From assembly GCA_965262595.1 (NCBI GenBank), contig OZ253548.1, forward strand, positions 859,740 through 923,739: a DNA stretch of 64,000 bases, given 5' to 3'. The stretch is from Dehalococcoidia bacterium (GTDB taxonomy: Bacteria; Chloroflexota; Dehalococcoidia; Lucifugimonadales; UBA3495). Below, piece after piece: positions 57,105 to 64,000 of the stretch. The notes under the pieces are model-generated. The model did not search any database, had not been told where the DNA came from, and saw nothing but the letters and a program-made list of their open reading frames with translations. A program made the translations under genes and the position numbers. Every line of letters starts with the position of its first letter. The first letter of the stretch is position 1.

Positions 57105-58049
57105 ATGCCAGATACTTTTGGGGAAGGCGAGTTCCAATATACCCACGTGGATAACTGGGTAAAGCTGCCCAGCGGGATGCGGCTGATGGAATGTCCGGGT
57201 GTCGTATGCGATTCCCAGGACCGGGTGTTCATCCTTACCCGGGGAGAGCATCCGATAATGGTCTTTGATGGGGAGGGCAATTTCTTGCGTTCCTTTGGCG
57301 AGGGATTGTTCAGCGACCGCACTCACGGCCTCTATATTGCCCATGATGACTCCATCCTGGCGGCGGATGACGGCATTCATACCATCCAAAAGTTCACACC
57401 GGACGGCGAGAAAATAATGGAGATCGGGGAGCGCAACCACCCGGCGCCCCGGTGGAGCGGTCAGCCCTTCAACCGGCCCACTTCGGCGGCCATCCGACCG
57501 GCGAACGGGGACATTTACATCTCCGACGGTTATGGCAACTCCCGCATTCACGTTTACACCGGGGACGGCCAGTATAAGTTCAGTTGGGGCGAACCGGGAA
57601 TTGACTCCGGCCAGTTCATCCGCCCGCACAACATTGCCGTTGACGGCGATGACCGGATATTGGTCGTGGACCGGGAAGCTCATCGGGTGCAGGTCTTCGA
57701 TCCGGAAGGCGGATTCATTACCATGTGGAGCAACATCCACCGCCCCGATGCCATGGTGCTGTGGGAAAACAATATTTACATCGGCGAACTGAACGGGATG
57801 GGCGGGGTTGATGACGCGCCGGGCCTGGGTCACCGCGTATCCATCTATAACCTGGAAGGCAACCGGGTGGGCCTGTTCGGCGACAAGGATGAAGGCGAGG
57901 GGCCGGGCCAATTCATCGCTCCTCACGGAATCGCAGTGGATTCCACCGGCGCGATTTACGTGGCCGAAGTTTCCTACACTATCCGGGGGTCCAAGATGGA
58001 TCCGCCCCGGGAATTGCGCAGCATCTCCAAATACGCACGGGTAAGGTAG
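57105..58049 (+). CDS. NHL-repeat beta-propeller protein (peptidyl-alpha-hydroxyglycine alpha-amidating lyase-like)
   Basis: The NHL-like units repeat (...GQFIRPHNIAVDGDDRILVVDREAHRVQVFD..., ...GQFIAPHGIAVDSTGAIYVAE). The ATG at 57105 is preceded by AAGGAGG. The 372-aa antisense ORF is rejected. Confidence 0.7.
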   Translation: MPDTFGEGEFQYTHVDNWVKLPSGMRLMECPGVVCDSQDRVFILTRGEHPIMVFDGEGNFLRSFGEGLFSDRTHGLYIAHDDSILAADDGIHTIQKFTPDGEKIMEIGERNHPAPRWSGQPFNRPTSAAIRPANGDIYISDGYGNSRIHVYTGDGQYKFSWGEPGIDSGQFIRPHNIAVDGDDRILVVDREAHRVQVFDPEGGFITMWSNIHRPDAMVLWENNIYIGELNGMGGVDDAPGLGHRVSIYNLEGNRVGLFGDKDEGEGPGQFIAPHGIAVDSTGAIYVAEVSYTIRGSKMDPPRELRSISKYARVR

Positions 58050-58230
58050 AAGGTAACGGGTTAAATTGCCATAGCCGACGATTAAGCAAAGGATTGGCGG
58101 CCAGCTTTTCGGCTGAGACAGGACGTCTCCAATGCTGGCCGCCCTCTTTAACAATAATTTTGACGAAATCTTAATTATGACTCCACCCTCCCCGAATGTC
58201 GGCGAACATCGGTATGATCATAGATATTAG

Positions 58231-59301
58231 GTGATCGGATTGGTTGAAATCACTAGGGTAAACTGGGGCAATGTATTTGAGGCGATTGAGCGCTGCTACG
58301 AGTTAGGCTGGACCGACGGGCTACCGGTGGTTCCCCCAACGGAGGAGCGGGTCGGCGAGTTTCTGAACCGCGCCGGACGGGATGCCTCGGAAGTAGTAGG
58401 AGAGTTACCGGAACGCCGCCGCCAAATAACGGCGGAGAAGGTCGCAGCCAATGCGGTGATGGCGGGGTGCCTTCCCGAATATCTGCCGGTAGTGCTAGCC
58501 GCCACTGAAGCTATGTTAGCTCCGGACTTCAACCTGGTCGGGCCGTCCTCGAGCATGGGCGGCGCGGCGGTACTGATAATTGTTAACGGCCCGGTGGCCC
58601 GGGACTTGAACATCAACGCCCGAAATAACCTTTTCGGCCCAGGCAACCGGGCTAACGCCACTATCGGACGAGCGCTGCGGCTGGTCTTGATGAACGCTTG
58701 CGCTGCTATACCCGGACTGTTCGACCGCAGCGTCATCGGACATCCTGGCAAGTTCACCTATTGTATTGCCGAAGCGGAAACGGAAACTCATTGGACGCCA
58801 CTCCACGTGGAACGAGGATTCGCCCCGGAGCAAAACGCCGTCACCGTTTTCGCCGCCGAGGGCCCCCGGCAAGTTCGGTCGGTCGGACACCCGGAAGCGA
58901 TTTTGTACTCCATTGCCGACGCAGCCTCTTCCTTGGGCACCTCCCTTTCCACGTCCGGTTCGGTAGGTGACCCGGCCCAGGGAATACGTCAGGGCGAGAT
59001 TGTAGTTACCATCGCCGGTAGCAGCAACCTTTGGCAGGAATGGAGCAAGGACGACATCAGGGACTACCTGTACCCCAGAATCCGTCGTTCCGTCGCCGAC
59101 CTAAAGAGTGCGCAGGTCTTCGCCGGTGATCTGGAACCCGGGGACGAAACCCGGTTTATGACCCTCATCCCGGAACCCAAGGACATTATGGTAGTATTTG
59201 CCGGCGGCGAGGAATCCAATATGTCCTCAGTGATTCCAAGTTGGGGACCAAAGGTTTCCTCGGCAGCCGTAACCCGAGAGGTCCGTCTCGCCGGCAGCTA
59301 A
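58231..59301 (+). CDS. hypothetical conserved protein upstream of the UGSC gene
   Basis: 356-aa ORF with a GTG start. The motif YELGWTDGLPVVPPTEERV and a Cys-containing MAGCLPEYLPVV are present. No family name recalled with confidence. Confidence 0.5.
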   Translation: MIGLVEITRVNWGNVFEAIERCYELGWTDGLPVVPPTEERVGEFLNRAGRDASEVVGELPERRRQITAEKVAANAVMAGCLPEYLPVVLAATEAMLAPDFNLVGPSSSMGGAAVLIIVNGPVARDLNINARNNLFGPGNRANATIGRALRLVLMNACAAIPGLFDRSVIGHPGKFTYCIAEAETETHWTPLHVERGFAPEQNAVTVFAAEGPRQVRSVGHPEAILYSIADAASSLGTSLSTSGSVGDPAQGIRQGEIVVTIAGSSNLWQEWSKDDIRDYLYPRIRRSVADLKSAQVFAGDLEPGDETRFMTLIPEPKDIMVVFAGGEESNMSSVIPSWGPKVSSAAVTREVRLAGS

Positions 59302-59354
59302 GAGTTTCACCGGCGCCACGGGCTAAACAACCGTTCCTGGAGGGTAAGCAATTT

Positions 59355-59936
59355 ATGTCAACCAGCACAAATAATGGAAGCGACAACGGAAGGGAATACA
59401 ATCTGGTAAATCCTACTACCGAGCCGATAACCGCTCCTTTTGATGGCGCCCCTCGGCTAATTACCATGGCCGGGACCCGGCTCGGACTCATCGACGATAG
59501 CAAGCGTAACGCCGATGTGCTCTTGGAAGAGCTGGCCGAAACGCTGCGCACCCGGTACGAAATTGCCGAGGTGAAATGGCACCGCAAGCCAAGCGCGTCC
59601 CGCCCCGCCGACCCGGCGGCCATCCAGGAATTGGCCCGGGACTGCGACTCGGTGGTAATCGCAATAGGCGATTGAGGCTCCTGCAGTGCGTGCAGTGTGC
59701 ACGACGGCATTCATGTGGAAAAGGCCGGACTACCCTCAGCCACGATTTGCACCGATCGGTTCACTCAAACCGCGTCCGCCATGGCAAAGATGTGGGGAGC
59801 GGCCGATTACCCGACCATTTTCACGGAACACCCTATTGAGAACCTGAACCGCGAACAGTTGCGCCAGCGGGCGGAAGAATTGGCCCGACAGGTGGTTGCT
59901 ATCCTGACCGGCGACGGCCCGAATAGCGTCTCCTAA
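59355..59936 (+). CDS. UGSC-motif protein, predicted selenoprotein (UGA at 59673..59675 read as Sec)
   Basis: Track ORFs 59241..59675 and 59697..59936 are in one frame: ...CDSVVIAIGD-U-GSCSACSVHDGIHVEKAGLPSATICTDRF.... That gives a U-x-x-C redox-type motif. The ATG at 59355 has GGAGGG about 12 nt upstream. Confidence 0.65.
59676..59703 (+). promoter_or_regulatory. candidate SECIS region with two alternative short hairpins
   Basis: One hairpin is CUGCA-GUGCG-UGCAG (59681-59695). The other is CGUGCA-GUG-UGCACG (59689-59703). Both have G-containing loops; the loop of the second begins 19 nt after the UGA. Confidence 0.4.
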
Positions 59937-60027
59937 CCTGACTTAATAGGCGGCGCCGAAGCGAAGGAAAAGAACAGGCCGGGTCAAATCATCGGCAGCT
60001 TCGCCTCACGGTCCGCCTCCAATTTTG

Positions 60028-60210
60028 CTATACGCGCATCTGTGGCGGAAGCAGGTTGGGTATTGCGTCGTTTATCGGGTAGGATTCGTCGCAACTCGCG
60101 CAGAGGAGGGCGCCTTCAATAACCTCATCGCCTTCCTCTGACTCTACAGTCAATTCCAGTTCCCCTTTGCACACCGGGCAAGCCAGTATCTCCATCAGTT
60201 CCTTTTTCAA
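60028..60210 (-). CDS. Trm112-family zinc-ribbon protein
   Basis: 60 aa. LMEILACPVCKGEL...LLCASCDESYPINDAIPNLL is the classic Trm112/UPF0434 pattern. Confidence 0.8.
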   Translation of the reverse strand: MKKELMEILACPVCKGELELTVESEEGDEVIEGALLCASCDESYPINDAIPNLLPPQMRV

Positions 60211-60378
60211 GTTTCCTCCGTATAAGTCGTTCCGGCGCCGTACTGGAGCATATTACCGCAAGTTTGCCCGGGGCAACCCGGGAAATGGGTAATGCCCGTA
60301 GTCCTGCTACCGGGCCGTAACCCTACCAAGCATTTTCATCCCGAATTCGTCCCCGTTATTTGGTTTTGGATTTTGCCC

Positions 60379-60897
60379 CTACCCGCCCTGGCTTCTTTCT
60401 CCCAATGCACCCAAAACATCGGCCAGGCCAAACACCACCAGGCCGAGTATCAGCAGCGCCGTTGTGCCGGTGAGGGCGCCCCGTAACCTGGCCCAGCGCC
60501 CAGGGACGGAAATGGAGATGGCCGAAGTCGGAGTCGTAGCTTCCCGCCGGTTGGCCGACCGCCGGCGAAACCAGATAACGGCAAACATATAGAAAGCCAG
60601 GGAGACTTTAAGAACTAACACGCCAACATATGGGGCGCTGATCCCCTGGGTGCGTAAATTTGAGACCATTACGATTACGCCGGTGATTACCAGGATGGCA
60701 ATGGCCGTATGCACCACATTCCGAAACTCCTCTCCAATCGCCCGTCCCGTTGCCGGCCCCGGAGCGGAGCGGCGAAATGCCGGACGAAGCACCAGCAAAT
60801 AGAAAATGCTTCCTCCGACCCAAGACACTGCCGCCAGGTTATGGAACCACTGGATCAGCAGCAGAAACCACTCCAGAACCCCCATTAAACTATCCAA
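60379..60897 (-). CDS. membrane protein, possibly CopD-like
   Basis: 172 aa with 4 TM helices. The N-terminal WFHNLAAVSWVGGSIFYLLVLRP resembles CopD/DUF4149-type helices. The function is uncertain. Confidence 0.45.
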   Translation of the reverse strand: MDSLMGVLEWFLLLIQWFHNLAAVSWVGGSIFYLLVLRPAFRRSAPGPATGRAIGEEFRNVVHTAIAILVITGVIVMVSNLRTQGISAPYVGVLVLKVSLAFYMFAVIWFRRRSANRREATTPTSAISISVPGRWARLRGALTGTTALLILGLVVFGLADVLGALGERSQGG

Positions 60898-61138
60898 CGC
60901 TCCAATCTGATCCGGCGCTTTGGCGGTTCAATATGCTTTTCAGCACTGACCGTCCCAAGGCCAAGGCGGGAACCGTATATACGATACAAGCGGAAGGCAG
61001 GCAGGTCAATTGACCCAGGAGCAACGCCAAATTCCGCGTCGTATGCCAATGCTATCCTTGACTCCAAGCCGGTGCAGGTTACAATCCTTCCAACGGAGAT
61101 TCCCACTTGGCTTACGAGATTAAACGGAGGGGGCAACA

Positions 61139-61888
61139 ATGCGGCTGGAAGGCAAGGTAGTATTGATTAGCGGCGGCGCCAGGGGTCAAGGCGCGGTGGA
61201 GGCCAGACTTTTCGCCGGCGAAGGCGCCAAAATTGTCATCGGGGACGTTTTGGAGGCGGAAGGCCGCCAAGTAGAAGCAGAGATTAACGAGAGTGGCGGA
61301 GAATGTCTGTTTATGCGTCTGGACGTAACCGGCGAGGCAAATTGGCAGGAAGTGGTAGCGGCGACGGTAGCGCGCTTTGGCAAGCTGGATGTGCTAATTA
61401 ACAATGCCGGTATTTATCGAACAGAGCGGGTGGAAGAAACCACCGAAGAGTTGTGGGACCAGATAATGGACATAAACAGCAAGGGCGTATTCCTGGGAAC
61501 CAAAAGCGTGATTCCTGAAATGCGCCGAGCCGGCGGCGGCTCCATTATCAATATCTCTTCCACCGCCGGACTGGTCGGAAGCAGCATGTCTGCCGCTTAT
61601 GGCGCTTCCAAAGGAGCCGTCCGTATTTTCACCAAAGCCACCGCCATCCAGTACGCCGGGGACGGCATTCGAGCCAATTCCATCCATCCTGGCATCATCG
61701 AGACGCCAATGACCGAACAGTTGCTTTCCGATGACGCCCAATATCGGGAGCGGCTGGGCCGCACGCCTATTGGCCGGATCGGGCGCCCGGAGGATGTAGC
61801 TTACGGCGCCCTGTACCTGGCCTCGGATGAATCATCCTTTGTAACCGGCAGCGAATTGGTCATAGACGGCGGCCGTACCGCCATGTAA
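61139..61888 (+). CDS. SDR-family oxidoreductase (hydroxysteroid-dehydrogenase-like)
   Basis: The motifs are ISGGARGQG, NNAG and the catalytic YGASKGA, with PGIIETPM also present. Confidence 0.85.
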   Translation: MRLEGKVVLISGGARGQGAVEARLFAGEGAKIVIGDVLEAEGRQVEAEINESGGECLFMRLDVTGEANWQEVVAATVARFGKLDVLINNAGIYRTERVEETTEELWDQIMDINSKGVFLGTKSVIPEMRRAGGGSIINISSTAGLVGSSMSAAYGASKGAVRIFTKATAIQYAGDGIRANSIHPGIIETPMTEQLLSDDAQYRERLGRTPIGRIGRPEDVAYGALYLASDESSFVTGSELVIDGGRTAM

Positions 61889-61972
61889 TTCCGGCGTCCA
61901 GGCTTGGCATACCCCTAGTCCAGGTCTTTCAAGGATAAATCGCTTACGTGGAATCGGAACCTTGCAAGAATT

Positions 61973-62004
61973 AAGGGCGGGCTTTGAAACCCGCCCTTTC
62001 TTTG
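61973..62004. terminator. hairpin terminator between convergent genes
   Basis: AAGGGCGGG (61973-61981) pairs with CCCGCCCTT (61990-61998), with an 8-nt loop, followed by TCTTTG. Confidence 0.6.
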
Positions 62005-62053
62005 CCTAACCAGGACCAACTGAATCGGCCGCCAACATAACGGATTGCTCCAG

Positions 62054-63811
62054 CTAACGGCCCAGAGCGTAGTTATCCCGGCGCAGATCCGCGCCCACTT
62101 CAAGGGAACCCCGGTCAGTGTTGACCTGGATAGCGCAGAGGGCGCCCATCCGCGGCGTCCAGTCATCCCAAACTTCCACCTGGTGGCCGCGCCGCTCCAG
62201 TTCAGCGATGGTGTCCGGGTCAATACGGCCCTCCGCCGACATCGATGCCGGAGTGTAACCGTGGGGCCAGCCAGAGTCTGGAAAGCTCCAGCTTGCCACC
62301 CGCGGGGCTTCAATCGCCTGCTGAACGTCCATCCCAAACTCCACCACGTTCAGGAAGAGCTGGACCATAGATTGGCATTGCACGTCACCGCCCGGGGTAC
62401 CAAAAGGCATCCACAGTTTACCGTCACGGAAGGCCATTGCCGGGTTAGGAGTCAACCGAGGCCGCTTGCCCGGGGCCAGACAACTGGGATGATCCGGGTC
62501 AAGCCAGGCCTGGTATCCCCGAGAGGAGATGGGAAAGCCCAGACCAGGGGTTAACGGCGCCCCACCGATTCCGTCGCTGGGTGTGGCCGAAAATCCGTTG
62601 CCCCACCGGTCCACGACGCAAATGTAGCTGGTATCCGCTTCGGCCCGGCCGGCCACCGGCTCCGGATGGGCGGGCTTGCTGCCGGTGGCTCCATCGCCCT
62701 GGTAAGGCCACGGGTCACCGGCCGGCGGCATCTCCGGGTGGGCCCTGCCGGGGTCAATTCCCTGGCGGCGCAGGGTCGCATAGTCGGAATTGAGCAGGCC
62801 GGACATAGGAACATCAACAAAGTCCGGGTCGCCGTAGTAGGAATGCCGGTCGGAGAAGGCCAATTTAAGCGCCTCAATTAGCGTATGCAGGTAATCGGCG
62901 CTGTTATGGCCCATTGCCTGCAAGTCGAAGCCTTCCAAGATGCGGAGGGCTTGCAGGGTTGTCGGCCCCTGACACCAGGGACCACAAGTGTAAACTTCGG
63001 TGCCCTTGTAATTGGCGACGGCCGGCGGCTCCAACTTGGCTTGAAATTCGGCCATGTCTTCCCGGGAGAGCAGCCCGCCCTGGTCCCGGTTGAACTGCAC
63101 CAACTCCTGGGCAATCTCACCACGATAAAAGAGGTCGTGGGCTGCCTGGATTGCAGCTTCCCGTCCTTCACCCGCGGCATCCTTTTCCGCCGCAATCAAG
63201 CGACGGAAGGTCTGGGCCAAATCCCTTTGAATGACTACCGCCCCCGCGTCAAGGGCCCGGCCATCCGGGTAGAATACTTCCCGGGTTGCTGCCCAATGGG
63301 AAACGTTCCGCTGTGGGTCGGAATACTTAACCCCTTCCTGTGCCAACGCCCGATGCAGGGAATGGGGTATGGGAAACCCGCCCTCAGCCAGCTCCAATGC
63401 GGGGGTTACAACTTGCTCAAAAGTCATGGTTCCGTATTGCTTCAGAGCAGCTAACCAGGCAGCGGCAGCGGAAGGAGTAACAGTCCGTAGCACGCCTGCC
63501 GGCAGGTCTCCGCCGGTGTTCTGCCTGAAATAATCGACGCTGGCTTCTCTTGGCCACCGCCCCAGACCGCTGATGGTTGCCGTCTCTCCCCGACTGGCAT
63601 CATGAACCATGATCGGAGCTACCCCGCCAAAGCTGGTATATTGGGGCAGCGTGACGTTAATAGCAATGCCGGCAGCCACCCCGGCATCAGTGGCATTGCC
63701 TCCCTGCTCCAGGATACGAAAAGCGGCGGCGGTAGCCAAATAGTGCCCCGTAGCTGCCATATGGGTGGTTCCCGCGATAAGGGGTCGGTAAGTCCTGAGT
63801 CCTAAAGCCAT
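62054..63811 (-). CDS. gamma-glutamyltransferase family protein
   Basis: 585 aa. The autoprocessing/nucleophile region is ADTSYICVVDRWGNGFSATPS (canonical form: DTTHFSVVD...), and FGTPGGD is present. Confidence 0.8.
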   Translation of the reverse strand: MALGLRTYRPLIAGTTHMAATGHYLATAAAFRILEQGGNATDAGVAAGIAINVTLPQYTSFGGVAPIMVHDASRGETATISGLGRWPREASVDYFRQNTGGDLPAGVLRTVTPSAAAAWLAALKQYGTMTFEQVVTPALELAEGGFPIPHSLHRALAQEGVKYSDPQRNVSHWAATREVFYPDGRALDAGAVVIQRDLAQTFRRLIAAEKDAAGEGREAAIQAAHDLFYRGEIAQELVQFNRDQGGLLSREDMAEFQAKLEPPAVANYKGTEVYTCGPWCQGPTTLQALRILEGFDLQAMGHNSADYLHTLIEALKLAFSDRHSYYGDPDFVDVPMSGLLNSDYATLRRQGIDPGRAHPEMPPAGDPWPYQGDGATGSKPAHPEPVAGRAEADTSYICVVDRWGNGFSATPSDGIGGAPLTPGLGFPISSRGYQAWLDPDHPSCLAPGKRPRLTPNPAMAFRDGKLWMPFGTPGGDVQCQSMVQLFLNVVEFGMDVQQAIEAPRVASWSFPDSGWPHGYTPASMSAEGRIDPDTIAELERRGHQVEVWDDWTPRMGALCAIQVNTDRGSLEVGADLRRDNYALGR

Positions 63812-64000
63812 GACTAAACCTCCTCAGATTCCTGGGTTGACACTGAGAACCCGACTTCCCGGAACAAGCAGGCCGGGCGGGCAGGACGGTAGAAGCCGGG
63901 CATTTACTTCTTGGCAGCCATTTGCTGATTTGGACTTGAAAGTTTTGGATTAGTTGATAACCATGGACCGGCAAGGGCGGTCCACCGACCCTGGCAGGCC

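Noticed and set aside
57036-58154. 372-aa minus-strand ORF overlapping the NHL-repeat gene
   Set aside because: The plus-strand ORF has repeated NHL units and an AAGGAGG-ATG start. The minus-strand product has no motifs and spans the intergenic regions on both sides.

Overview
This 64 kb window is a gene-dense bacterial chromosomal segment. Hand-counted lines give roughly 57-60% G+C, GGAGG-type ribosome-binding sites are common, and I saw no transposases, integrases, CRISPR arrays or rRNA. Housekeeping genes: fmt, etfBA, panC, panB, asnS, gatCA, tRNA-Ala(UGC), an RNase P RNA and sbcD. Catabolic genes make up much of the window: two luciferase-like (LLM) flavin monooxygenases, a large amidase, a GMC oxidoreductase, a thiolase, SDRs, a MaoC hotdog pair, an HpcH aldolase, ComDE-like TPP decarboxylase subunits and gamma-glutamyltransferase. 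Transport genes are an Fe(III)-type ABC system with a DtxR regulator, a peptide-type ABC system and an MFS transporter. The gene content loosely resembles marine Chloroflexota (SAR202-like) genomes, but that is only a guess. Items worth a second look: (1) A two-gene operon encodes a full-length tubulin-superfamily GTPase that aligns end to end with my recollection of archaeal CetZ, plus a single-pass membrane partner. (2) Two genes that the ORF track splits at in-frame TGA codons look like selenoproteins. One is a tandem OsmC-like protein with TGA exactly at the catalytic Cys position and a strong downstream hairpin. The other is a UGSC-motif protein. (3) A translationally coupled module pairs a HAS-barrel-like small protein with a HerA/FtsK-type ATPase and has no recognisable nuclease partner. 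It is followed by a clearly low-GC, foreign-looking gene. (4) The RNase P RNA is unusually long, about 580 nt. (5) A ComE-like paralog has lost its TPP-binding motif. (6) An S58 (DmpA/BapA-like) peptidase is translationally coupled to pantothenate genes. All functional calls rest on motif recognition by eye. No database search was possible.
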